64,000 nucleotides of DNA from an uncultured Rikenellaceae bacterium (lineage in GTDB: Bacteria; Bacteroidota; Bacteroidia; Bacteroidales; VadinHA17). Positions 48,135 to 58,457 of the stretch are shown here, one piece after another. Position 1 is the stretch's first letter. Each line of letters opens with the position of its first letter. The position numbers and the translations under genes were made by a program. The DNA lies in NCBI GenBank assembly GCA_964640125.1, contig CAZXGG010000001.1, forward strand, positions 13,708-77,707. The letters are read 5' to 3'. The notes beneath the pieces were generated by a model that made no database searches, was not told where the DNA came from, and saw only the letters and a program-made list of their open reading frames with translations.

Positions 48135-48812
48135 TTAATGGTTCATAATCGCTTCTGCAATAGCCAGATCAATTGAGGTTGTAATCTTCATGTTACAAGG
48201 ATCTCCTTCCAGCAGGCTGACAGTGTATCCTTTTGATTCTAAAACCGTGGCATCATCGGTAAATTGAGGAACAAAAGGTTGATGATAGGCTGTTTTTATC
48301 TGTTGAGATAAAAAAACCTGCGGGGTTTGACACACTTTAATACGATATCGCTCTATCGATTTGTTGTGTTTGTTTTCGATCAGCCTGACAGATTCACTAA
48401 GGGGAATAACAGGCAAGGCATTCCCATGTTGTACAGCATGATCAAAGCACCGTTCTATCATGGATGGGGTGATTAAGGGCCTTGCACCATCATGAATAGC
48501 TACGTACCCGTTATCTCCGATTTGATCCAGGCCGTTTTTTACGGAGTCAAACCGCGACGCTCCTCCCTGCACTGTTGTATGCAAAACAGAAAATGAATAC
48601 TTCTTGCACAATTCATCCCAATAATTCATCTTATCCTCCGGCAACACAACAACAATGTTCATTCCGGTGGAATACTCAAAGAAGGCCTCAATCGAGTACA
48701 TCAATAACGGTTTGCCTCTGAGAAGGAGGAATTGTTTTGGTACGGTGCTGTTCATGCGGTGGCTTTTTCCACCTGCAACAATAATCACGCTCTGTTTCAT
48801 ACTCCCGTTCAT
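48135..48812 (-). CDS. ispD: 2-C-methyl-D-erythritol 4-phosphate cytidylyltransferase
   Basis: IVAGGKSHRM..VPKQF, GGASRFDSV, IHDGARP, QTPQVF, TDDA, NMKITT. Alternative start 48800. Confidence 0.95.
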   Translation of the reverse strand: MNGSMKQSVIIVAGGKSHRMNSTVPKQFLLLRGKPLLMYSIEAFFEYSTGMNIVVVLPEDKMNYWDELCKKYSFSVLHTTVQGGASRFDSVKNGLDQIGDNGYVAIHDGARPLITPSMIERCFDHAVQHGNALPVIPLSESVRLIENKHNKSIERYRIKVCQTPQVFLSQQIKTAYHQPFVPQFTDDATVLESKGYTVSLLEGDPCNMKITTSIDLAIAEAIMNH

Positions 48813-49070
48813 TATACAATCTGATCCGGTTGATCAACTAAAAATAGACATATTTTCCCATTTTTGCATGTTATGTTAAATAGAATTGATACCGGAAGGT
48901 TTGCAATCAATTGTGCATTACAGTTTGGCGAAGAGGGATTTCCAAAATACACGTTTGATTTGTTCGCCATCACATAAATGATGGGCTATGAACAGCTTGT
49001 TGTTCATAACCTGCGGATCCGTTCAGGCGATCTTCTATTCATTATTCATGCAATTCTGGTTTACCGTGTA

Positions 49071-49466
49071 TCAGTAACAGATCTGTATCTGATAAAAAAC
49101 ATAAACCAGGTAGAGGATGGTAAGGATAAATAATGTGAAGAGGAAATAGTTATAGAAGGTTCTTGAACTTTTAATTCTTCGTCTCATCATCATTCCACCA
49201 TTTGGAATAAAAAGAGCTAACAGGATCAATACAAAATGAAGATCGGTGATTAACCCGGTCAGGTCTTTATCTACGAAGATTAAATAATAGAAAAAAGTAA
49301 GGATAATGATCAGATAAACCAGGTATCCAATTTTAAGGAACATGGTCGAGACCACTCGTTTTCTATTGATCATTAGGGGTTTAGTAAAGACTGTAGCCAG
49401 GACGAAGATCAATAAAAAAGCGGAAATAACTAATAGGTGAAGAAGGAATTGAACGAAATGGCTCAT
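49071..49466 (-). CDS. Hypothetical membrane protein (4 TM)
   Basis: 131 aa with four hydrophobic segments. Confidence 0.75.
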   Translation of the reverse strand: MSHFVQFLLHLLVISAFLLIFVLATVFTKPLMINRKRVVSTMFLKIGYLVYLIIILTFFYYLIFVDKDLTGLITDLHFVLILLALFIPNGGMMMRRRIKSSRTFYNYFLFTLFILTILYLVYVFYQIQICY

Positions 49467-49558
49467 ATTCCAGGATTAAGTTATTCTACTTCATTAGCCA
49501 AAAATAATAGATTCGGATTAATTCAGTTCCATTTTACCCGATTTTCTGGTGCCTGTAA

Positions 49559-50440
49559 TTATTCATCTGCAAACCGTTTCAAATCATTATAATCGAAAGT
49601 CCATTCGGGTGTAACGAGTTTTCCGGAGGACGCTAATGGATACCAGGGCGAATTTCCTTGGGGATTTACCAGGATATGAATTTCCTGTGCCGGCATATAA
49701 CTTTGAGCCAGTAGAAACTGGTACTCTCCGGTTTTTTCATTTAGGATCATATCGACCACGATAACAGCATGACCCGGGAATCCCCCCTGGATGAAAACGT
49801 CCCCAATTTCCATATCTTCTGTGTTCTTAACGGGTATAAGTTCCCGGTTTAACGAATAGGAACCGGCATAGGTGAACACCAGTTCCAGGTAATCCAGAAA
49901 AGTATCATGGGAATAATCTCGTTGTGCTGTTTTTACCCACCGCATATTATGTTCGATATCGATAACCCGGAAGCCCTCAGCATATTTCACATAATCTGCC
50001 CGTTCCCCGTTTGTGAAATTAAAAGAGATTTTTGGAAACTGATTTTTCTCAAATAGATATTCAGCCCTTAGCCGGATGATGGCATCCGCACATTGTTGAA
50101 GGTTTTTATCTCCAATATCCAGGTTCACAACAGCGCAGTGAATTCCTTCTCCCGGCTTAACGGATCCGTCATAGAGCAATACGTTTGTACCATGCGGTTT
50201 GAGTGGAAGGTTTCTTAAGAATGAACCAAAGGAACCTGTTTCAGCTATTGTCCTCCGGTATCCGGATTGTGTTCTAAACCGGGTAAGAATGGTTGTACCA
50301 TCGCGGTTAAAAACAGAATCTTCACTATCGTTTTGTACCCTGCGAATGGATTTTCCCGCATTCCGGTCATGTGCATCATGGATACCCTGGCAGTAAACCA
50401 AAAGGGTGATAACAAGACCATACAGGGTGAAAATTTTCAT
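49559..50440 (-). CDS. DUF4846 domain protein
   Basis: FLRNLPLKP, LQQCADAIIRLRAEY, GDVFIQGGFPGHAVIVVD, LAQSYMPAQ. Confidence 0.85.
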   Translation of the reverse strand: MKIFTLYGLVITLLVYCQGIHDAHDRNAGKSIRRVQNDSEDSVFNRDGTTILTRFRTQSGYRRTIAETGSFGSFLRNLPLKPHGTNVLLYDGSVKPGEGIHCAVVNLDIGDKNLQQCADAIIRLRAEYLFEKNQFPKISFNFTNGERADYVKYAEGFRVIDIEHNMRWVKTAQRDYSHDTFLDYLELVFTYAGSYSLNRELIPVKNTEDMEIGDVFIQGGFPGHAVIVVDMILNEKTGEYQFLLAQSYMPAQEIHILVNPQGNSPWYPLASSGKLVTPEWTFDYNDLKRFADE

Positions 50441-51408
50441 TGGGCCTGTTTTTCTTCCTCATTCCACACCAGGGCACTTGCACCCAAAATTGCAGCATGA
50501 GCACCATTGAGTTTTGAGGGCAGCAATTTTACTTTGTTTTTATATATTTTCAGCAGGTTTTCTTCCATATACTGTTTGGTGGGTTTAAAAATAAAATCGC
50601 CGGCATTGGCTAATCCGCCAAACAGAAAGATGGCTTCCGGGCTGGAGAATGCGACACAATCGGCGAGTACTTTCCCAAGGATTTCTCCGGTAAAATCAAA
50701 AGCATCGAGTGCAATTTTATCATCATTTTTTGCGGCATCATGAATTATTTTAGCATTCATTTTATTGTATGCGATACTCCGTAAACTGCTCGGTTGGGCG
50801 GTGTCGGCAAGCAGTTCGAACACGGTTCGTTTTATTCCCGGGGCAGAAGCATAGGTTTCCAGACAACCTCTTCTTCCGCAGGCACATTCCCTTCCCATGG
50901 GATCAACCAGTATGTGTCCAATCTCTCCGGCAAAACCGTCATGCCCGTAAACCAGGTTTCCGTTTACCACCACTCCGCTACCCACGCCTGTCCCCAGGGT
51001 AATCATTATAAAATCATTCATCCCCTGAGCACCTCCATACATCATCTCGCCTATGGCAGCAGCATTGGCATCGTTGGTCAGGACAATGGTGGGAAAATCA
51101 AAATATTGCTTCATTAGATCCACCAGGGGAATAACCCCTTTCCAAATCAAATTGGGGGCATATTCAATGGTTCCCAAATAATAATTCCCATTGGGTGCAC
51201 CAATTCCAATTCCTTTGACCTGAACGTCTTCCTTCAAATCCTCCAGCATCCGGTTAACATCCTTTACAATTGCTCTCAGGAATAGTTCTATTTCAGCGTG
51301 GGCCTGGGATGAGATAGCGCTTTCAGCCAGACACTTCCCGTCCCGGTCAATCACTCCCAGAACGGAATTCGTTCCACCAATATCAATACCAATAGCAACC
51401 TCTTTCAT
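50437..51408 (-). CDS. ROK family sugar kinase (glucokinase-like), second paralog
   Basis: GIDIGGTN, NDANAAAIGE, TLGTGVGSG, GEIGH...CACGRRGCLETY. Confidence 0.93.
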   Translation of the reverse strand: MKEVAIGIDIGGTNSVLGVIDRDGKCLAESAISSQAHAEIELFLRAIVKDVNRMLEDLKEDVQVKGIGIGAPNGNYYLGTIEYAPNLIWKGVIPLVDLMKQYFDFPTIVLTNDANAAAIGEMMYGGAQGMNDFIMITLGTGVGSGVVVNGNLVYGHDGFAGEIGHILVDPMGRECACGRRGCLETYASAPGIKRTVFELLADTAQPSSLRSIAYNKMNAKIIHDAAKNDDKIALDAFDFTGEILGKVLADCVAFSSPEAIFLFGGLANAGDFIFKPTKQYMEENLLKIYKNKVKLLPSKLNGAHAAILGASALVWNEEEKQAQ

Positions 51409-51494
51409 GTTTGTATCGTGTTACAGGATTAGATGACCATCCCCCGGTCGATTCGCCGGTTAGCAAATGTAAAAAGTATTCCGTATGAACAACC

Positions 51495-52223
51495 TTACAA
51501 TTTCTCAAATTCTACAACAAAACAATCCGGATAATCAGCATTTAGCTTTTTTACCAGTCGTTCCGCGTCATTGCGGTTTGGAAAGGCACCAATGATAATC
51601 CGATAAACTTTCACCATGTTGATGATCACCACCTGGACGGTTACCTCATTTTGGTATCTGTCTTTCAGGTTTTCGGTTATCCTCATCAGGTTTGCCAGCT
51701 CTTTGAAACTTCCAATCTGTACACCAAAACCTGCGGGATAAACCCGTCGGGCAAGCAATTCATAAAACTCCTGTTCCCCTGTATCCTGTTGCGGCGCTTC
51801 AACAGTTGTTTGGTCGGAGGTTCCTGTCTTTATGCCAAGCACTTCAACCTTGACATCTACAAGACCCAGGGGGATAAAATCCAGTTGTTGAGCGGCCTTT
51901 TTTGACAGGTCAATTACTCTTCCTTCCACAAATGGTCCCCGGTCATTGATCCGTACAATGGTTGTCTTATTATTGGAAAGATTGGTTACTTTTACCTCTG
52001 TTCCAAACGGCAAAGAAAGATGTGCAGCTGTTAGTTTGTCATGATCATAGATCTCCCCACTGGCAGTGGTCCGCCCCTGAAACTTATCACCATAGAAGGA
52101 TGCTTTCCCATATTGAATATAAACATCCTGTCCGGCTGACGTTATGGACAGGGTTGCTATAAGCAAACAAAAAGAAAGTAAATTCCCTGGTCTTTTCATG
52201 CAATATGGTTTGTTTCCGTTCAT
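51495..52223 (-). CDS. rlpA: Septal ring lytic transglycosylase RlpA (DPBB + SPOR)
   Basis: GKASFYG, TASGE, TAAH..LPFGT, VRINDRGPF, IDLSKKAA; SPOR domain VQIGSF. Alternative start 52199. Confidence 0.92.
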   Translation of the reverse strand: MNGNKPYCMKRPGNLLSFCLLIATLSITSAGQDVYIQYGKASFYGDKFQGRTTASGEIYDHDKLTAAHLSLPFGTEVKVTNLSNNKTTIVRINDRGPFVEGRVIDLSKKAAQQLDFIPLGLVDVKVEVLGIKTGTSDQTTVEAPQQDTGEQEFYELLARRVYPAGFGVQIGSFKELANLMRITENLKDRYQNEVTVQVVIINMVKVYRIIIGAFPNRNDAERLVKKLNADYPDCFVVEFEKL

Positions 52224-52240
52224 GGGTTTACCACCTGGGA

Positions 52241-55165
52241 TTAATAACCAAATAGTTCCTCAAGCGTTAATTCCTTAACTGATCCAAGGTTTTTCAGAAC
52301 ATCCATATCGATCATATCTCTGCTTCCCAATACAAGGAAGTTATAATGTTTCCCGGAAATATGGTTGTTGGTGAAATCTTCTAGCTCTTCCAATGTAACT
52401 GTTTGCATGGTTTCATACACATCTTTGCGAATATCGTATTCAATACCACGATCTTTGTTTATCTGATAGGTGCTGTAAATATTTGTTTTTGTTATTCTTT
52501 CAGTTTCAATACGTTTCATGATTGTTTCACGGGCAAGATCGAATTGTTTTTGCGCTTTTGGCATGTTGTTCATTAACTCAAGCATTGCATCGGTTGCAGT
52601 TTTCAGCTTGTCTGCCTGGGTCCCAACGTAGGAATAAACATAATGCGATTTATCCGGTTTTGATGGTATACTGAATGTGGCAAAGGCAGAATAGGCCAGC
52701 GCACGGGATTCCCGGATCTCCTGAAAAACGATATTCGACCCAAAATATTCATTGAAGAGCTGTGCCATGGGTATTAATTCATGGTTAAATTTCGTGTCTT
52801 TTGTTAAAAACAGGATATTTGCCTGAACCATGTCATAATCCACAAAATAGACCTGGTTTTCGTCGGTCTCTTTTTCTGCAAAATAGACTTGTTCCGGATA
52901 TTCTTTTAAAATGGCCGGGATGATGTGAAAACGATCAAGGATAACACGAGCGTCAGATAAATCGATTTCCCCATAGAAAAAGATCCGGTGTTTATATTCA
53001 GTCAAGTCTTTCAATAGATCGGTAAGTTCCCCGGGGTCAATGTTCAATAATTCTTCCTCCGGAATGAGATGGGTAAACGGAGATTGTTGGCCATACATCC
53101 CATAGTTGAACAAGCCACCCCATAAAATCGAATTTTTGTTCAGCTTTGCATCTGCTCGGGATTTCAGGATTCCATCAACATAATCCTCGTATGCTTTCTG
53201 ATCCGGTTCCACATTTGACAACACGTGTTCCAGTAGTTCAACCCCTTTCTCAAAAGATTTCTCCAATCCGGTAATGTAAATATAAGATCGTTCATTTCCG
53301 GCATATACACCCATACTGAGACCCAGTTTAAACCATTCTTTCTGAAGATCTGCTGCAGAATAATCATCTGTTCCCAGATAGGGTAGGTAGTTAACCGCAA
53401 GTGGCAATTTGATATTATGATTCTTACCCATATCCAGGATATATTGCAGGGTGAATATATCATTGGTTTTGTTTTCGATATAGCTGATATCAATTCCACT
53501 ACCCAGTTTTCGAGAGGTTATTTCTTCTTCAAAATCAACAAAAACCGGTTCAATCGGTTCGGGTTGGTCTTTGATAAATTCTTTGTAAAAACCAGATTGG
53601 TCTTCCCTGTTTATCGGCACCGAAGTAATTTGTGGTTTTTCAACTTTAACCAGATTATCATTTTCTCCGGTTTGTTTATATACAAGCACATAGTTTTCAT
53701 TATACTGATTTTGCGCAAACTCCGTGATCTCTGTTTTATCAATCTCTTCCAGATCATCCAGAAAGGAAACCAGGTTGACATAATCAACATCTTTTACAAA
53801 ACCATCAACATAGTTAAATACTCTGGCATAATTGCTTTCCTGCTGGCGCATTTCCGACAGTTTAAGGTCATTGATCACGGCTTCGATGGTCCAATCCTCA
53901 AACTCTCCCGATTTAATCTTCTCAACTTCTGCAAGCAAAAGATCCTGTACCTCTTCAAGGGTTTGACTTTCGCGTGGTGTTCCATAGAAATAATGTGCTC
54001 CATAATCGGCAAGAAAATAGGGATAACATCCGGCAGACAACACCTTCTGTTCCTGAACCAGGTTCAGGTCAATTAATCCTGCCTGGCTATTGCTAAGGAT
54101 CATATCGATCAGCGTGACATATTTATAATCTTCTGAATTCATTCCGTTAAAGCGAAATGCCAGGATCAGGTTTTCGGCAGATGGCCCCGTGACCGTATCA
54201 ACAATGGGCTGATCAATTGCCGGTGCTTCTGGGCGTGCTTGGACAGGCAAATCACCCGGTTCCATATCCCCGAAATGTGCATCAATGATTTGAATGGTCT
54301 CTTCAAAGTCAAGATCTCCAGATAATACAATTGCCATATTGTTTGGAACATAATAGGTTTCAGCAAAATGATAAATATTAACCAGTGATGGATTTTTCAG
54401 GTGTTCAGGTAATCCAATAATAGAACGCCCATAGGGGTGATCTCCGAACATTTTGGACATCAACACTTCATCGGCTCGAACATTATCATCATCCTGATAC
54501 ATATTATACTCTTCATAAACTGTTTCGAGTTCGGTATGAAAAATACGCAGGACCATATCCGTGAACCGCTCACTTTCCAGTTTTGCCCATTGTTCCAGTT
54601 CATTCGATGGTATGTCGTTAATGTAAACAGTCATATCATAGTCGGTACCGGCATTGGTCCCTGTTGCCCCAATACTAGCAGCCAGTTTGTCATAATCATT
54701 GGCGACCGCAAAACGGGCTGCAAGAGCAGATACACTATCGATCTTAAAATAAAGCTGTGTCTTTGTCTCCGGGTCCTGGGTATTACGGTGTTGTTCAAAC
54801 AGATTCGAGATTTCATCCAGGAGTGGTTTCTCTTTCTCCCAATCAAGCGTTCCGATTTCATCCGTCCCCTTAAACATCATGTGTTCAAAATAGTGGGCGA
54901 GACCCGTTGTTTCGACGGGATCTGAAGCGGATCCTGCTCTGACTGCTATGGCGGTATAAATTCTGGGCTCATCTTTGTTATCGGTAAGGTAGACCTTTAA
55001 CCCATTTGCCAGTGTATAAATCCTTGCCTTTACAGGATCGTTGGTGACATATTCATAGGTAAAACCGTTTTTATCGGTTTTCTGCTTTACCTCGTACTTT
55101 TCTGTTGTACAAGCAGAAAGAAGAAGTACAAAAAGCAGGATCTGAAAGAAATGTCGTTTTTTCAT
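52241..55165 (-). CDS. M16 family (insulinase) zinc metallopeptidase, lipoprotein
   Basis: LSAC lipobox, GLAHYFEHMMFKG (HxxEH), FQEIRESRALAYS. ATG 55165 preferred. Confidence 0.93.
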   Translation of the reverse strand: MKKRHFFQILLFVLLLSACTTEKYEVKQKTDKNGFTYEYVTNDPVKARIYTLANGLKVYLTDNKDEPRIYTAIAVRAGSASDPVETTGLAHYFEHMMFKGTDEIGTLDWEKEKPLLDEISNLFEQHRNTQDPETKTQLYFKIDSVSALAARFAVANDYDKLAASIGATGTNAGTDYDMTVYINDIPSNELEQWAKLESERFTDMVLRIFHTELETVYEEYNMYQDDDNVRADEVLMSKMFGDHPYGRSIIGLPEHLKNPSLVNIYHFAETYYVPNNMAIVLSGDLDFEETIQIIDAHFGDMEPGDLPVQARPEAPAIDQPIVDTVTGPSAENLILAFRFNGMNSEDYKYVTLIDMILSNSQAGLIDLNLVQEQKVLSAGCYPYFLADYGAHYFYGTPRESQTLEEVQDLLLAEVEKIKSGEFEDWTIEAVINDLKLSEMRQQESNYARVFNYVDGFVKDVDYVNLVSFLDDLEEIDKTEITEFAQNQYNENYVLVYKQTGENDNLVKVEKPQITSVPINREDQSGFYKEFIKDQPEPIEPVFVDFEEEITSRKLGSGIDISYIENKTNDIFTLQYILDMGKNHNIKLPLAVNYLPYLGTDDYSAADLQKEWFKLGLSMGVYAGNERSYIYITGLEKSFEKGVELLEHVLSNVEPDQKAYEDYVDGILKSRADAKLNKNSILWGGLFNYGMYGQQSPFTHLIPEEELLNIDPGELTDLLKDLTEYKHRIFFYGEIDLSDARVILDRFHIIPAILKEYPEQVYFAEKETDENQVYFVDYDMVQANILFLTKDTKFNHELIPMAQLFNEYFGSNIVFQEIRESRALAYSAFATFSIPSKPDKSHYVYSYVGTQADKLKTATDAMLELMNNMPKAQKQFDLARETIMKRIETERITKTNIYSTYQINKDRGIEYDIRKDVYETMQTVTLEELEDFTNNHISGKHYNFLVLGSRDMIDMDVLKNLGSVKELTLEELFGY

Positions 55166-55173
55166 GGTTTGCG

Positions 55174-56967
55174 TTATTTGTTTAGGAATTGATCGGTTTG
55201 TTTTTTTGTCCGGTATGTTTGAATGATCCATTCAATTTCGTATTCCCAATTGGATCTGACCTCGATCTCCTCATCGTAAAACAGCACCTCTTCGGGTTGT
55301 ATTTTTTTAGAAAAGTCGCCCGTATCCCATTTCCCATTTGAATTCCAGTCAACGATCGATTTCAATTTGTATGGTCCCGGTTTAAGATACCGGAATGTGA
55401 TCAGAGAATCCTTTTCAACAGATGTTTCTTTCAGGATGTTATCTTTTCCATCCATTAATTGAACCACAAGATGCTGTTTAACATTGGAAACAGAGAGCAG
55501 GATTGCACCATAATAATCCATGGACTGGGTTTTAAAACGCCATGTTGTGGTATCGTGGGTAACCCGATAGAGATCGATAAAGGCCCCTGGAAATAATGTC
55601 AGGCTGTAGAAGCTGTTTTCCTTCCATGATGGTGAGATGAAAAATGTACGATACCCCAATGTATCCCCTGCGAGTTTAAAAAGAACGGGATGCTGCAACG
55701 TATCTTCACTTTCAACAAGTTCTATCCTGGAGGTATCAATTTGATGAATCGGTGTGGGTGTTTCCAGCCTGATTTTCCCATTCAGATCAAATCCTCTGCC
55801 ACTGGAAAGATTCGTAGTTATGCTGAGTTGAGGTGCCGGCTCCTCTTCTGGCTCGGTATCTCTCCCTCTTGTTCTGGGTTGGATCGGTTTGGTATATCGG
55901 AGGGTGATGGTATCCTTGAATTCGACCAGATTATTGGTGCTGTCGTTTTTTAAATAGAGAACCTCAATATCCAGAAACTCAAGGTTGCTTATGGAGGTAT
56001 CACTGATCCAAAAACTAACTGAATCTCCGTTCACATATCGTTCAAGCAGATACCAAGCCGTATCAGCATCCCTCTCCACCAGATGAATTTCGGGAATCGT
56101 TTTCAGTGGCTCGTTGAAAATGAACAACAAATGCTCCGGTCGCTTTCTCTCTGTGGTTTTTAAATATTGTTCGAATTTCTCTTCCTGAAACAGGTACAGC
56201 TTAAGGTTTTGAATAACCGGTGGATTTACTGTAATGGCAGTCGAATCCAACCGGATTGTATCCAATAATGGCTGAACGTCTGGCTTTACAACGATCATCG
56301 AATCAAGAAACGCTATGAATTCGCCGGGCTGATCATACCTGTAATTCATGTTGGCATCCTTTAATGCATACAGCCTGAAGGTATCTGCTTTCAAATTATT
56401 GAGCCGGAAATTCCCAAATTCATCGGCTTTGCTTACATAATTGGGTACAAGGTTTGTAAACGCAGAATCTTCCAGGTTTTCATGTAGAAGAATATAAACA
56501 TTCTCTTCCATTTCAAGGTTAAATGCTCGGATTACATTACCTGAAATGGATAATGAATCAATCCGTTCACCCGTAGAGATAACAAATTCAAAATTTTCCA
56601 GGGGATTACCTTCGTTGTTATCCACAATGGCGTCGAAAAAATTAAAGGTATAGGTGGTATTGGGAGTAAGATCCTCCGATAATTCCACCATGAGGGATTT
56701 CCCTTTAAGTCGTATTTCAGGCCTTGCCGTAAGAGGGGGAGAAACGAGTAATTTCTGATAAACTTCCTTCAATTGAATATATTCATCAAAGGTAATTTCA
56801 AATTTGTTGGTTTGAACGTTGGTGGAATAGTTTTCCGGGATACTTTTTTTGATTTCTGGCGGTGATTCATCCAATTTACCACCGGAAGGAGTGCCCACTT
56901 TGGCACAATAATAGAGGAAAATGAATGTGGTTCCGATGAGCAGTAATATGACATGCTTTGCCTTCAA
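55174..56967 (-). CDS. Ig-like (Big_5) domain lipoprotein
   Basis: YYCAKVGTPSGG..DESPP, ITFDEYI, AIVDNNEGNP, DWNSNGKWDTGD. TTG start. Confidence 0.85.
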   Translation of the reverse strand: MKAKHVILLLIGTTFIFLYYCAKVGTPSGGKLDESPPEIKKSIPENYSTNVQTNKFEITFDEYIQLKEVYQKLLVSPPLTARPEIRLKGKSLMVELSEDLTPNTTYTFNFFDAIVDNNEGNPLENFEFVISTGERIDSLSISGNVIRAFNLEMEENVYILLHENLEDSAFTNLVPNYVSKADEFGNFRLNNLKADTFRLYALKDANMNYRYDQPGEFIAFLDSMIVVKPDVQPLLDTIRLDSTAITVNPPVIQNLKLYLFQEEKFEQYLKTTERKRPEHLLFIFNEPLKTIPEIHLVERDADTAWYLLERYVNGDSVSFWISDTSISNLEFLDIEVLYLKNDSTNNLVEFKDTITLRYTKPIQPRTRGRDTEPEEEPAPQLSITTNLSSGRGFDLNGKIRLETPTPIHQIDTSRIELVESEDTLQHPVLFKLAGDTLGYRTFFISPSWKENSFYSLTLFPGAFIDLYRVTHDTTTWRFKTQSMDYYGAILLSVSNVKQHLVVQLMDGKDNILKETSVEKDSLITFRYLKPGPYKLKSIVDWNSNGKWDTGDFSKKIQPEEVLFYDEEIEVRSNWEYEIEWIIQTYRTKKQTDQFLNK

Positions 56968-57083
56968 TCTGGTAAACTGGCTTTTACAGTGATCTCTGCA
57001 AACTTACAAAGAATATGGTGATTTTAATGGTTAGGGGAAAAGTAATTGGATATATTTTGTAGATTTGAAGACTAAATTGCTTG

Positions 57084-57884
57084 ATGATGATTTTGGCTTA
57101 TATCGAATGGAATGTTAACCCCGAAATATTCAGGATTGGCAATTTTGCAATTCGCTGGTATGGTTTATTATTTGCCTCGGGTTTCTTTTTTGGCTACTGG
57201 ATCCTCGCAAAATTTTTTAAAAAAGAGGGTATTCCAATTGAAGTGCTGGATAAATTAACCATTTATACGGCTGTTGGTACAATCGTCGGGGCAAGGTTGG
57301 GGCATTGCCTGTTTTATGAACCAGGGTATTACCTGAGTCATCCCATCGAAATCCTGAAAATCTGGAGAGGAGGGCTTGCCAGTCATGGTGCAGCCATCGG
57401 CATCTTACTGGCAATTTACTTCTTTGCAAAAAATACAAGAAAGAGCTACCTCTGGACCATTGACCGTATTGTTATTGTCGTTGCATTGGCTGGATTTTTT
57501 ATCCGTATAGGGAATTTAATGAACTCCGAAATATATGGTATGGAAACAACATTACCCTGGGGATTTGTTTTTTTACGCAATGGCGAAACAATAGCGAAAC
57601 ATCCTACTCAAATTTACGAGGCATTGACCTATTTCATCATTTTTATTCTTCTTTACATCCTCTATATCCGGGCCCAGGGAAGAATAAATGAAGGCAGACT
57701 GTTTGGTCTTTTTCTGATCCTGGTCTTCACTGCCCGGTTTTTTATTGAGTTCATAAAAGAGGATCAGGTGGCATTTGAAGCAGGCATGAAACTGAATATG
57801 GGTCAATGGCTTAGCATTCCATTTGTTTTGACAGGCCTGGGATTTTGGATCCGTTCGATGCTAAAACCAGCAACCGAAAACTAG
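57084..57884 (+). CDS. lgt: Prolipoprotein diacylglyceryl transferase
   Basis: IRWYGL, GARLGH, GGLASHG, RIGNLMNSEIYG, HPTQIYE, RFFIEF, MGQWLS. TAGATTTG promoter-like motif at 57060-57067. Confidence 0.96.
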   Translation: MMILAYIEWNVNPEIFRIGNFAIRWYGLLFASGFFFGYWILAKFFKKEGIPIEVLDKLTIYTAVGTIVGARLGHCLFYEPGYYLSHPIEILKIWRGGLASHGAAIGILLAIYFFAKNTRKSYLWTIDRIVIVVALAGFFIRIGNLMNSEIYGMETTLPWGFVFLRNGETIAKHPTQIYEALTYFIIFILLYILYIRAQGRINEGRLFGLFLILVFTARFFIEFIKEDQVAFEAGMKLNMGQWLSIPFVLTGLGFWIRSMLKPATEN

Positions 57885-57971
57885 TAAAAGAACCCCAGTG
57901 TAACCTGGTTGACTTGTCCGAAATAAAAATATTTTGTTGTATAACATGCTTTACGTTACATTAACATGTTG

Positions 57972-57979
57972 TAAATTTG
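57972..57979 (+). promoter_or_regulatory. Bacteroidota -7 promoter element for the metal-uptake operon
   Basis: TAAATTTG (TAnnTTTG) ends 26 nt before GTG 58006; preceded by TAACATG direct repeats at 57942 and 57962. Confidence 0.45.
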
Positions 57980-58005
57980 CTTATAACCAACAATTCTAAT
58001 GGGTT

Positions 58006-58377
58006 GTGCTTTATTTTAGAAAAATAGCACGTTTTATTATTCCGGTAATGATCCTTACCGTATTATGTTTTGTGTTGAATTCAAATCTGAACCAGCATTA
58101 CCATAAGCTTGCCAGCGGCTCAATCGTTAAACATGCCCACCCCTATAAGAAAGAAAATTCCGGTGTCCCTTTTCAATCCCACAATCACAGTTCCTTTGAG
58201 TTCCTTCTCCTGGATAACATCTCTATTGCACTGTTTACGTTTATTTTTTTTATTTTAACATTGACTCTTTTCCCCCGGTTTCTTAACAATGCATATTTTC
58301 CGATCCTGGAAATCTATAAACCGACTGATCTCTACTTTCTGAAAAACTATCACGCACCTCCTGCAACCCGATATTAA
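58006..58377 (+). CDS. His-rich membrane leader protein ending in HAPP (DUF2946/RAPP-like uORF)
   Basis: N-terminal TM; HYHKL..GSIVKHAHPY...SHNHS; second hydrophobic segment; C-terminal YHAPPATRY. Confidence 0.72.
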   Translation: MLYFRKIARFIIPVMILTVLCFVLNSNLNQHYHKLASGSIVKHAHPYKKENSGVPFQSHNHSSFEFLLLDNISIALFTFIFFILTLTLFPRFLNNAYFPILEIYKPTDLYFLKNYHAPPATRY

Positions 58378-58457
58378 GATTTCCATCATACCTCAATCCA
58401 CCGGTTAGAGACTGGAAGGGTTGTATTTAAATTGCGAACTTAATAAAGGGTAAAAAG

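Noticed and set aside
48873-48977. 34-aa plus-strand ORF (MLNRIDTGRFAINCALQFGEEGFPKYTFDLFAIT) in the gap upstream of ispD
   Set aside because: It runs opposite to all flanking genes and has no motif or other support; it may be chance or decayed sequence.
53417-54076. 219-aa plus-strand ORF, and many similar antisense ORFs in the track
   Set aside because: Antisense shadows of well-supported genes (here the M16 peptidase), with no independent coding signal.
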